From the IMG/VR virus record IMGVR_UViG_3300036781_000838, positions 31,135 through 95,134 of that record: a stretch of DNA of 64,000 nt; one strand, given 5' to 3'. Position numbers and translations under genes: made by a program. Positions 49,502 through 58,052 of this stretch are shown here, in pieces (the first letter of the stretch is position 1; each line of letters starts with the position of its first letter). The notes under the pieces are model-generated. The model was not told where the DNA came from. It saw only the letters and a program-made list of their open reading frames with translations, and did not search any database. This stretch comes from a virus.

Positions 49502-49564
49502 GTAAAGGTAGAACTTTGTTCCTATTCTACAAACAAAAGGTGAAATTAATATCTTATTCTACAA
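49502..49564 (-). promoter_or_regulatory. Bacteroidota-type promoter with two TATTCTACAA boxes
   Basis: On the - strand TTTG-19 nt-TACCTTTA; boxes at 49523 and 49555. Confidence 0.6.
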
Positions 49565-49653
49565 ATTATGTTTTTTGAGGATCATAGGCATTATCGCCTG
49601 CCATGGCTATACCAATTAGTCGCAGTTTGTAAATGACTTGGTAATGTCTGATT

Positions 49654-50223
49654 TTATAAACCAACTACGAAGAAGGTTGTTTTACGGACTGGGAAAAGTT
49701 CCCTTACTTTCTTATCCAGGACATTAGGGTGTGCAAATGCAGGATCTGTCATTTTAATCCAGCAATTTTCCCGTTCCAGGTGGAATCCTACGATTTTGTC
49801 AATATCCTCGCCGCTGGCGATGACATCTCCAATTCTAAATATTGCATTATCGTGATATCGCCTAATGGAGCATGGCTCATAACGGTTGTCAGGGGACTGG
49901 AGATAGGACTTTGTAGCCCCATAATAGCTGGTTTCACCATTGGTGCCACCGTACCAGCCTTCTTTTAGACGGGGAATAACAAAACCTGTGACTTTATCTC
50001 TAAAAGATCTGATTTCCCATTTCAGGCAGATACAATCTTTCTTCTCCGATGGAACGATTTCTCTACCGCAAAGCGTGCAATTTGATACGACAAGTTCCTC
50101 CCAATCGGTGCTATTTTCGATTACCCAAGCAGGAATAGAACCCATGTTCCAATAGAAGGAATGACCGGGTAATTTCACTTCGACCGCTATTCTACCCAAT
50201 GTTTTATGCTTAAATTGTCTCAT
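49654..50223 (-). CDS. Hypothetical protein with CxxC...CxC motif
   Basis: ORF track. Confidence 0.55.
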   Translation of the reverse strand: MRQFKHKTLGRIAVEVKLPGHSFYWNMGSIPAWVIENSTDWEELVVSNCTLCGREIVPSEKKDCICLKWEIRSFRDKVTGFVIPRLKEGWYGGTNGETSYYGATKSYLQSPDNRYEPCSIRRYHDNAIFRIGDVIASGEDIDKIVGFHLERENCWIKMTDPAFAHPNVLDKKVRELFPVRKTTFFVVGL

Positions 50224-50816
50224 TATATTACATTAAATTTTGATTCGATAAGGTTCGTTTCATCGCTGGCATTTTCCAGGATGTTATCGCAAGCGGTAGC
50301 CAGCGAGGAAGTGATATTTTTTTGCTTGTCTTCCCTGGAGATGAAGTAGGACGAGTTTTGCATATATAAGTACCCTCGGGCTTCGTAGAGGTCTATATAG
50401 TCCCTGGTCGCCTTAAAAATGGTATTCCAATCATGCTCGAAGGTGTTAAAGAACCAGGTGAATTTTTTCTCTAACTCTTTTACGTTGACCCTTGCGGAGG
50501 CTCCTGATGGTAATAAACCTTTGGGAAACATCTCCCGGTAGCGGATAATATTTTCCAGTGCATCTGGTCCCAAGAGGGTTTTTCGTTGCTTTTTCTGCTT
50601 GATGGTGAATGTCAACTCTACTTCGTCGATAAGTTGAATAGCTTTCGCCGTTAATTTGTTATCCTCAGAGACCCAGCCATCTGTTTTGAGTATCCTCAGT
50701 TCCATGCTGGCATTGATGTGTACGGAAGTAGTGCTTTTGTTAAAACAAAGCATCAGATAAAACTGATTAGGAGTCACTTTGTTTTTCAGGAGGTGATTGA
50801 TCAGTTCGGAAATCAT
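50223..50816 (-). CDS. Putative replication initiator / helicase-loader-associated protein
   Basis: N-terminal winged-helix-like pattern; sits between the DnaA-like gene and dnaB; function inferred from context. Confidence 0.4.
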   Translation of the reverse strand: MISELINHLLKNKVTPNQFYLMLCFNKSTTSVHINASMELRILKTDGWVSEDNKLTAKAIQLIDEVELTFTIKQKKQRKTLLGPDALENIIRYREMFPKGLLPSGASARVNVKELEKKFTWFFNTFEHDWNTIFKATRDYIDLYEARGYLYMQNSSYFISREDKQKNITSSLATACDNILENASDETNLIESKFNVI

Positions 50817-51234
50817 CTTGGATTTTATTTAATATGCTTACGTATAGATCCCTGAAGTCAGTATCAACTTCAATCAGATCAGTCGCCCGTTGGTTGGAAT
50901 AAATTACATCGGGATGACTGCCATTCGGGTAAACATGCTCGCCTATAAGCTGTAATGAATACCCATAGTCTCTTGCTATTTTACAAAAGATTTGTTTTAA
51001 TGTAACAATTTCCCTTTTTCGGGAAGTAATTGCAATGGACGTGATAGCCAGATGCTTTGGGATGAATTGTTCTACAAGGAATTTTATCCTCGGTAGCTCT
51101 GGTCTACTAATGGCAAGGTTTTTTAACCCCGCGACTTGTACAATTACTGCCCTACCTGTTTTTTCCAAAAATGAGATTTTAAACCTATCTATCATCGAAT
51201 TACATAGATGAACCTGATATTGCTCAGTATTCAT
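50767..51234 (-). CDS. DnaA domain IV (C-terminal HTH)-like DNA-binding protein
   Basis: SRKREIVTLKQIFCKIARDYGYSLQLIG...SHPDVIYS aligns by eye with DnaA SR...RQIAMYL...SL..IG...DHTTV. Confidence 0.72.
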   Translation of the reverse strand: MNTEQYQVHLCNSMIDRFKISFLEKTGRAVIVQVAGLKNLAISRPELPRIKFLVEQFIPKHLAITSIAITSRKREIVTLKQIFCKIARDYGYSLQLIGEHVYPNGSHPDVIYSNQRATDLIEVDTDFRDLYVSILNKIQDDFRTDQSPPEKQSDS

Positions 51235-51381
51235 ACTGAATATAATTGTTTAGACAATTTGGATAATTAGACAATAAAGATGTATATTCTAAATATACAA
51301 GGTTGTAGAATAGCAAATATAGAACTACAAATTGAATTCAACACATTTTTTGTTCCACCTCACGACATTTTTTTTGAAAAC

Positions 51382-51960
51382 ATGAATGCGACTACGGCTA
51401 CCAGCCTGATAGCGTCTGTGATCACCTCGATAACGACCCTGACCGGCATATGGCTATCTGAAAAAATAAGAGCAGGCAAGAAACCGGATTTGGCTGATCC
51501 GGACTTTGAAGATTTATTGAAACCTGTGCTGGATATCATCCAGGAAGAAAGCCAGGCAAACCGGGTTTTCTTTTGGGAGGGGAAAAATGGCTCCAATACA
51601 TTAAGCGGATATCATATTAAAACATTGAATATGATGGTGGAGTCAAATGCGCAAGGGGTCCAGAACATTCGATCTGAGCTGCAGGATGTACCGGCTGATA
51701 CATTTAAACGCAATATGAAGAAACTGGCCATGGTCGATGACTATATGGTTTCTTATGAGCATTTAGAAAACGATGAATTGGCTTACCTGTACCAGGGATA
51801 CGGTATTGAAACCCTGATTGCCTTTAAAATCCGGACAAAATTCGATAAATGGACCGGTCTGCTTATGGTGTCTTTTGATAAACACCGCGAATTTTCTGAA
51901 ATAGAACTGTCCTGGTTAAAGACCCAGGCTGGCCGAATAAGTGCGATTTTAAAAAAATAA
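51382..51960 (+). CDS. Putative holin (single N-terminal TM plus GAF-like domain)
   Basis: Likely start MNATT; hydrophobic SLIASVITSITTLTGIWL; ANRVFFWE.KNG...WTGLLMVSF GAF-like pattern; first gene of the lysis cassette. Confidence 0.58.
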   Translation: MNATTATSLIASVITSITTLTGIWLSEKIRAGKKPDLADPDFEDLLKPVLDIIQEESQANRVFFWEGKNGSNTLSGYHIKTLNMMVESNAQGVQNIRSELQDVPADTFKRNMKKLAMVDDYMVSYEHLENDELAYLYQGYGIETLIAFKIRTKFDKWTGLLMVSFDKHREFSEIELSWLKTQAGRISAILKK

Positions 51961-51963
51961 CCT

Positions 51964-52536
51964 ATGAAAAACTACCTTTTGTTTGCGCTCCTTCTTGTAG
52001 GAGCAACTTCCTGTAACCCATTGCAAAAGGTCCTTCGGGATCCTGCCAAGCTCCAGGCTGCCGGCAGACAGTGGGAGAAGTCAAATCCTTGTGTTGTAGA
52101 CAGTGTAACCACCTTTTTACCCGGGAAGGAAACTGTCGTTATCGATTCTTCTGCTTACAGGGCTTACCGGGATAGCATTTTAAGCCAAAAATTGATTGTT
52201 TTAGGCCCTGATTGTGCCAGGTATCAGCATCTCTTTGACAGCCTTTCCCGAAGAGCGCCAGTGGTTATTACAGCTTTAAAAACCTTCCACGATACCTTGG
52301 AGGTTGCAAAGCGCGATATGCGACACGAAAAGATCCTGGGCGACTCGGTTGACTATTACACCGGCCAAACCATCCTCTTTAGGGGAGAATTTAATGAAAG
52401 TCAGCAGCAACTTAAAGAAAAAGCCAACGAACTGCTGAAAGCAAAGGCAAAATTTATTCTATGGGTGACTATCCTGCTAATTGTTCTGGTAGGGTCCCAT
52501 ATACTTCGGTCTTATATCAAACTCCCTTTCCTATGA
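51964..52536 (+). CDS. Putative unimolecular spanin
   Basis: Lipoprotein signal MKNYLLFALLLVGATS-C; coiled coil; C-terminal TM FILWVTILLIVLVG. Confidence 0.68.
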   Translation: MKNYLLFALLLVGATSCNPLQKVLRDPAKLQAAGRQWEKSNPCVVDSVTTFLPGKETVVIDSSAYRAYRDSILSQKLIVLGPDCARYQHLFDSLSRRAPVVITALKTFHDTLEVAKRDMRHEKILGDSVDYYTGQTILFRGEFNESQQQLKEKANELLKAKAKFILWVTILLIVLVGSHILRSYIKLPFL

Positions 52537-53045
52537 TTACTATTAATGATGCCTGTATTCGCTTTATTAAGATACAGGAACAATTGGTACTTAAAGCCTA
52601 CCATGGGTCCGCTGATGCTCCTAATATTTATACCATTGGTTACGGAACTATTGTATACCCACCCAATTATATGAAGGGAAGAAGGGTTCAGCCGGGTGAC
52701 GTAATTACCGCTGATCAAGCGGAAGATTTTCTCCGGTATGAGGTAAATCTGAAAGCTGAGCTGATCGATCCTTATTTAAGGGACGATTTGACGCCTAATC
52801 AATTTGCCGCCCTGATTTCGTTCACCTATAATCTCGGGGAAGGCGCCTTGAAACAGTCCCATCTTCGGGCAAAAGTAAATGCCAACCCCGCAGACCCGTC
52901 AATTTTCACTTATACTCTCGCCGGTAACGGCCTTGCAGTGCCTGATAGCTGTGAATTTACCAAATGGTGTTACGCCAATGGTGTCATCGTCAATGGGCTA
53001 ATTAAAAGACGGATGCTGGAAGCAAACCTCTATAATTCGAACTAA
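52533..53045 (+). CDS. Endolysin, GH24 lysozyme
   Basis: Start MITIND (ATGA overlap with the spanin stop); E...AY...D...TIGYG, QFAALISFTYNLG, GLIKRR..E. Confidence 0.92.
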   Translation: MITINDACIRFIKIQEQLVLKAYHGSADAPNIYTIGYGTIVYPPNYMKGRRVQPGDVITADQAEDFLRYEVNLKAELIDPYLRDDLTPNQFAALISFTYNLGEGALKQSHLRAKVNANPADPSIFTYTLAGNGLAVPDSCEFTKWCYANGVIVNGLIKRRMLEANLYNSN

Positions 53046-53083
53046 AGCGCCTGGCTGGTTGGCGACAATAACCAGTTTATCCT

Positions 53084-53527
53084 ATGAGTAATGTCTATAT
53101 CAGACCCGGTTTTTGGGTCCGAACAGTTGAAGCCGTTAAAGGCGCCCTGGATATCCGAGCTGTAGTCAGGGAAATTCTGACTGCGATAAATGTGCCTTAC
53201 AGTGATTCTTGCTGTACTCCGGATGTAAACACACAACCTGTTCGGTTTAATGCCAGTTCTTCTTCTGCAGAGCATTTTAATGGAACTTCCTGGGTCGCTT
53301 TTGCAACCGGAGGCTCTGTTGGTCCTGGAACGGTAGGCGGAGTCGTTCCCCAGGCTATGATGTTTGACTCGCTTACTGCGAATATTAATGCCAAGGCGCA
53401 ATTTCAGGATGCCCCAGCAGCTGCCAATTCTCCTGGCTCTCCTGGACAAATAGCTTTTGATGCAGCCTATTTTTACCTATGTGTGGCAACGGATACATGG
53501 ATGAGGGTTGCTATGGCCTCCTGGTAA
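53084..53527 (+). CDS. Putative minor virion/fibre-associated protein
   Basis: C-terminal PGSPGQIAFDAAYFYLCVATDTWMR module of a kind common in phage fibre proteins. Confidence 0.45.
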   Translation: MSNVYIRPGFWVRTVEAVKGALDIRAVVREILTAINVPYSDSCCTPDVNTQPVRFNASSSSAEHFNGTSWVAFATGGSVGPGTVGGVVPQAMMFDSLTANINAKAQFQDAPAAANSPGSPGQIAFDAAYFYLCVATDTWMRVAMASW

Positions 53528-53542
53528 TCGCAAAAGGAGAGA

Positions 53543-54247
53543 CTACCAGGTTAGATGCGCCTGGTAGTTCGATCCTAAAATGGTGTTTACCTTCGTGAAC
53601 AGTTCCTGATGGTCCCATGGTTTACCGGTGTGGGCCATATCTGCCGGATGTTCGATAAGCATCTTATAATGGTGGTCCCCAATCAAATCTGAAAACCCAG
53701 CGGCATGGTCACCCAAAAAGATAAATACCAATCCCCGATTTTCGTAATTGATCGTGTCAAGAAGGTAGGTTGTAAATGGTTTCCATATATCTAAATGAGA
53801 ACCAGGGCTACCAATTTGACAAGTAAGGGCCGTATTAAGAAGCAAAATCCCTTGGTTTGACCATCGTTTCAGATCCACCTCTCTTCCATAGGTTTCCGGT
53901 AACTCAGTTTGAAGTGCATTAAATATCCGCCTGAGCGCAGGTTGTTCCTTCCCGGTTAAGCTACAGGAAAACGGTATACCGTCGGCGATCCCCAATTGAG
54001 GGTACGGATCAGTTGCAATAATGACCACTTTGAGTTCATCGTATGGACACTGCTCAAAGGCAGTTAACAGATTTCGAAGAGGAGGGGTGAACCTTTTTCC
54101 GATTTCTACCTGGGCGACCAAGTGGGCTATTATTAAATCGAAATCGCTTGAAAGTAAGAATCCTTTGAGCTTATTACTCCAACCGGAGGGCTTTAGCATG
54201 GCATAGAGTTGGTTTTTTACTTTTTCTATATCAATTACAGGTGTCAT
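53543..54247 (-). CDS. ung: Family 1 uracil-DNA glycosylase (atypical motifs)
   Basis: KVVIIATDPYP, GIPFS, QGILLLNTALT, EHP. Confidence 0.85.
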   Translation of the reverse strand: MTPVIDIEKVKNQLYAMLKPSGWSNKLKGFLLSSDFDLIIAHLVAQVEIGKRFTPPLRNLLTAFEQCPYDELKVVIIATDPYPQLGIADGIPFSCSLTGKEQPALRRIFNALQTELPETYGREVDLKRWSNQGILLLNTALTCQIGSPGSHLDIWKPFTTYLLDTINYENRGLVFIFLGDHAAGFSDLIGDHHYKMLIEHPADMAHTGKPWDHQELFTKVNTILGSNYQAHLTW

Positions 54248-54282
54248 GTTTTGACAGGATTATTCATGAATAAAGGATAAAA

Positions 54283-54549
54283 ATGGAACAAGTTGAGATA
54301 ATCAAACCAGGTGCTGTAGTGAATATTGCTATAGGAGATTCATATTATGGGAATCTTCAGGAGCTGACCGTATTTTATTCAAAAATGGTATCGCCTGAAG
54401 AACTGGCGTTACAGGTTAATAATATAAAAGAGAACAAACCATTATCCGAATGGGGGCATAACTTTAAAACGCTATTGACCCTCATCAATGAGGTAGAGAG
54501 CCAGGCAAAGGCCCAAAATCTGACCGAATTAGTTACCGTCAGTGCTTAA
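54283..54549 (+). CDS. Hypothetical protein, divergent from ung
   Basis: ORF with A-rich leader. Confidence 0.6.
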   Translation: MEQVEIIKPGAVVNIAIGDSYYGNLQELTVFYSKMVSPEELALQVNNIKENKPLSEWGHNFKTLLTLINEVESQAKAQNLTELVTVSA

Positions 54550-54560
54550 TTTTCTTACTT

Positions 54561-54740
54561 TTATAGCTCATCCTTTATGCCCTTTCGCACAAATTCTTCC
54601 AGCGACATCCCTTCGGGGTATTTGGATTTAGAATCTGTTATATAGAATGCCTGCAATTTCTCCGCTATATTAAGGCAGATAGTGAAAAGCTGATCGTCGG
54701 TGTATTGAATTCCGAATGTTTCATCATCATTAGTGCTCAT
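54561..54740 (-). CDS. 59-aa hypothetical protein (not in ORF track)
   Basis: Manual translation MSTNDDETFGIQYTDDQLF...GIKDEL. Confidence 0.45.
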   Translation of the reverse strand: MSTNDDETFGIQYTDDQLFTICLNIAEKLQAFYITDSKSKYPEGMSLEEFVRKGIKDEL

Positions 54741-54799
54741 AACTGATTGTTACCTAAATAATGAGGCAATTTAAAGAATACGGTTAATTTTGCCCTGAA

Positions 54800-55225
54800 T
54801 TAATTGTAGTGTTTGCAGGTCGGGCATTTGATATGTACCATACTCAAGTCATGAATTTGGTTATCATAGATAGTAATTTCCTCGTCATCAAACTCTTGTT
54901 GGTCTATCACCCAATCCGCTTCTGGTGATAACTCACCCACAATTAGGTAATAATCTGGATCCTTTATAAACTTTTCAGGTTCTCCTCCGATTTTTAGCCT
55001 GCCCCAACTGCCAGAAGCGGTTTCAAAAGCAACATGATCCCCGATGGACAAACCTGCTTTATCTCTGCTTAGTACCAGGAATTGCATATGTTCCTCCCGC
55101 TCTTGTTTATGGATTTCCAGGTCTTTCAAATACTGATGAGGAAAGTCAGTATCGTATGTATAATCATGAAGGTTGGGTGCTGCCCCCTTGAATATAGAAA
55201 TCTGTTTGGCGAAATATTTTTTCAT
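54800..55225 (-). CDS. Hypothetical protein
   Basis: Likely start MKKYF; ends with CPTC. Confidence 0.55.
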   Translation of the reverse strand: MKKYFAKQISIFKGAAPNLHDYTYDTDFPHQYLKDLEIHKQEREEHMQFLVLSRDKAGLSIGDHVAFETASGSWGRLKIGGEPEKFIKDPDYYLIVGELSPEADWVIDQQEFDDEEITIYDNQIHDLSMVHIKCPTCKHYN

Positions 55226-55229
55226 TTTA

Positions 55230-55688
55230 TTAATATTGCGCTTCGGTAATTTCGGATCCAAGATGTTCCGCTTGTTTATAGATGCTGTCTAATGAAATAG
55301 AGACCTTTTCGAATTTGGAATTTATCGCCAGAGAATACCCGTTGATATAACGTGATTTCTCATTTCCAACGTGTATCCAAATGAAAACCTGCCCAGGTTG
55401 CAAAATGGATGCAATGGTTTCCGGGAATCCAGGTAGCTCTTGCTCTTCGTCCATAATGACTGGGGCTGTACCTTCTTCCCGCATGATTATTTCCAATATG
55501 GCAACTTCTTCCTCGGTCTCCGGAGTGAATACGCTGTTTACATCCCCATCTTCGCCATTTGCAAGGAAACATACATAGTTTTCTTTTTCAACTATTGCAA
55601 CGCCATATATACGTGCAAATAGTTTAGCCTTCTCTTTGTCAATTACCCGAATATAATTACTCCGGCCTTTTCCATAATAATTAGACAT
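55230..55688 (-). CDS. Hypothetical phage protein
   Basis: ORF track. Confidence 0.6.
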   Translation of the reverse strand: MSNYYGKGRSNYIRVIDKEKAKLFARIYGVAIVEKENYVCFLANGEDGDVNSVFTPETEEEVAILEIIMREEGTAPVIMDEEQELPGFPETIASILQPGQVFIWIHVGNEKSRYINGYSLAINSKFEKVSISLDSIYKQAEHLGSEITEAQY

Positions 55689-56127
55689 TTGCGTCCATTT
55701 TGTTTTTGATTAATTGTAGGGCATATATAAATCCATCCAGGGCATCGTTCGGAATTTGTAGGCGGCAACGTGCCAATCCTTTGGTATTCATCGGAGTCAG
55801 TGAGACAGTCTGTTCTGTCAACGACTCCAGGATCTCTACCCCTATCATTCGGCCACTACCATTCCTACCCACATAAGTTGTTTCCTTTTTAAACAGAATT
55901 ACAGGTCCCATTTTATTTTGTTTTGCCCAAGCCTGGGCTGATTCATGTTCACAATAGAGCTTCCCTTTTTTATTGATATCGGCTACCCGTTCATCGGAAA
56001 TATTCTTTACACTAATTAGGCTAAAGCAGAAATAGTTTTCTGTAACACCTGGCCTTCCGCGATAAATGATTACCTTATTTCCGTCATGTAGTAATATGGT
56101 TTTATATTTTCGATAGTAAGAAGGCAT
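55681..56127 (-). CDS. Hypothetical protein
   Basis: ORF track. Confidence 0.55.
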   Translation of the reverse strand: MPSYYRKYKTILLHDGNKVIIYRGRPGVTENYFCFSLISVKNISDERVADINKKGKLYCEHESAQAWAKQNKMGPVILFKKETTYVGRNGSGRMIGVEILESLTEQTVSLTPMNTKGLARCRLQIPNDALDGFIYALQLIKNKMDANV

Positions 56128-56158
56128 TTTAATTTAAAAATTGATTTAAGGTTGCTCT

Positions 56159-56518
56159 CTATTCATCACTTTCCTGATCATTTTTTTCTTTAAGTAGTTC
56201 GGCAATATCTTCAGGGTCAACTACTTCAATCTCCTGTACGTCTTCTTCAGGGGTCCTGGGCACTTCTGCAATAATATATCCCAGTCGATTTATGAAGTGG
56301 AAGCCACTAACCACGCTAGGTACAGAACCATCTCCATCGAGGACTGTCCAGATGGACAAGGGATCCTGTTTCTCGACATATTCAAGCTCTTGGCCATATG
56401 TCTCATACATAAAATCATTAAATGCAGCAGATTCAACCAGGTGATTCCTTTGCGGACTGAATTTCTCCTCAAACTCGGTCCAGGTTAATTGTGTGTATAG
56501 GTTTTCCTTCTTTTTCAT
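56159..56518 (-). CDS. Hypothetical phage protein
   Basis: ORF track; IWTVLDGD...GFHFINRLGY motif. Confidence 0.6.
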   Translation of the reverse strand: MKKKENLYTQLTWTEFEEKFSPQRNHLVESAAFNDFMYETYGQELEYVEKQDPLSIWTVLDGDGSVPSVVSGFHFINRLGYIIAEVPRTPEEDVQEIEVVDPEDIAELLKEKNDQESDE

Positions 56519-56522
56519 GGTA

Positions 56523-57176
56523 TTACCCTTTAAGGATTTCCTTTTTTAATTGTTGTAATAATATTTTTGGTAGTGAGTCACTTTCGACTCCCTGCAGAGT
56601 ATTTATGGCAGCAGCAACGATTTCGGCATTTAAATCAATCCATGCACCGATTTGGGCAGTCGGATATTTGGGTATGTTGCAAAGCTCAGAAGGTGTCGTA
56701 ACCATCCACTTTCGGCAACTCATAGGTCGTACCGGGTAAATGGTGCACAAATTATCCTTGGATAAGAAAGTGCAGGTTGCAAGGGCAGGAGTAAAGGCCA
56801 GTTCTGTTTTGGGAATGGTGCTTTGCAGCAATAAATACGCCTGGTTGATGACGATATTGTTTTGTTTACAGAAATCAATAATCAATTCAACCTCCATAGG
56901 CGTCACATCGACGTTCATCCGGCAACAGTGGGCACATCCTTTATAACAAGAAATCTGTTGATCTTCCCTCAACTCTGCCATGAGTTTGTCGATTAGTATA
57001 TAGGAAACAGTGAGAACGGTGTGTTTTGTCTTGTCTCTTCGTTGCAGGTCTTCAAAAGTTTGCAATTGTTCGACTATCCTTTCGGCTACTTCCTGGAGAC
57101 TATTTTCTTCCGGATATGCCTCGATGAAATTGAGTATTGTTGAGGTCAGTGCGATATTCACAATTCTTTTGTCCAT
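56523..57176 (-). CDS. YkgJ-like cysteine-cluster (Zn/Fe-S) protein
   Basis: CYKGCAHCC...CTFL...CTIYPVRPMSCR. Confidence 0.82.
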   Translation of the reverse strand: MDKRIVNIALTSTILNFIEAYPEENSLQEVAERIVEQLQTFEDLQRRDKTKHTVLTVSYILIDKLMAELREDQQISCYKGCAHCCRMNVDVTPMEVELIIDFCKQNNIVINQAYLLLQSTIPKTELAFTPALATCTFLSKDNLCTIYPVRPMSCRKWMVTTPSELCNIPKYPTAQIGAWIDLNAEIVAAAINTLQGVESDSLPKILLQQLKKEILKG

Positions 57177-57196
57177 AATTGGTTATTTGAGCGGGA

Positions 57197-57535
57197 TTAT
57201 TTTTTCTTGAGAGGTTCAAAATTCTCAAGACAAACAAATTCAATCCCGGGGTACGTTTCCGCGACATGATTTCGTTGTAAAACGTCATATGCTTCCGCAC
57301 AGATCCGGTATTGAACTATTAATTTGTTGTTTACAGATAGCTCCAGGTGCATCTTCCAGAAGTCCGGTGATAAGCTTGCGCAAAAACAGCGCAGCCGTAT
57401 TTCTGCTTGATATTTACTGTTTTTTCGGAAATACCATCTTTTCCAGGCTTTAATTTGAACGTAACAGGAGGCTAACTCAAATTCATATTCACCATCAATG
57501 GCAACCATTTTTTCACCATCAAATATTCGTTTCAT
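57197..57535 (-). CDS. Hypothetical protein
   Basis: Likely start MKRIF, coupled to the upstream small ORF. Confidence 0.5.
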   Translation of the reverse strand: MKRIFDGEKMVAIDGEYEFELASCYVQIKAWKRWYFRKNSKYQAEIRLRCFCASLSPDFWKMHLELSVNNKLIVQYRICAEAYDVLQRNHVAETYPGIEFVCLENFEPLKKK

Positions 57536-57663
57536 TTGGCTTCTGCTTGAAAATGTATGTGACAAGTGTCGCAGTGCTGGGACATTCTTAAATCAAACCA
57601 GCAGCCGCAAAATTTGCACTGGTGCCACACTTCATGGTTAAATAGCCGCATTATTGCTTTCAT
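57532..57663 (-). CDS. 43-aa zinc-ribbon protein (not in ORF track)
   Basis: MKAIMRLFNHEVWHQCKFCGCWFDLRMSQHCDTCHIHFQAEAK; ATGA overlaps at both ends. Confidence 0.62.
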   Translation of the reverse strand: MKAIMRLFNHEVWHQCKFCGCWFDLRMSQHCDTCHIHFQAEAK

Positions 57664-58052
57664 TGTAAGGATAGATTTACTTTTTGACCAATATCAATGG
57701 CAGCATGGATGGCTAAATCAAGCTCATCGTAGCTACAGTCACCAAAACTTTTACAAACCAGCGATTCTTTTTCAGAATGCCGATGCGTAAAGCACAAGCC
57801 AGCTTTTTCCTTTACCAGGTATTTCATAATAGCTGGATCTTCCCCTATGTGATTGGCCAAGGCCCGGATCATTACGTGGACCTTGGCCAATTGACTAAGT
57901 AGACCATTATCGTTTATTGACTCCATAAAAACCTCTATGGTGGTCCCTTCCCCGATTTTGGACTTAAATTCAGTGAACTGTTTTTCTGTCTTTGGGTTAA
58001 CAGGAACCAGCTTGCCGCTTTTTTTACTGAGCTTCCCGTAGAACGAGATCAT
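57660..58052 (-). CDS. NinB/YbcN-like recombination accessory protein, putative
   Basis: SQLAKVHVMIRALANHIG...MK...KSF..CS..EL pattern. Confidence 0.45.
   Translation of the reverse strand: MISFYGKLSKKSGKLVPVNPKTEKQFTEFKSKIGEGTTIEVFMESINDNGLLSQLAKVHVMIRALANHIGEDPAIMKYLVKEKAGLCFTHRHSEKESLVCKSFGDCSYDELDLAIHAAIDIGQKVNLSLQ

Noticed and set aside
51280-52532. ORF-track starts at 51280 (holin) and 52461 (endolysin)
   Set aside because: The extensions cover promoter-like DNA or overlap the spanin TM; starts at 51382 and 52533 fit better
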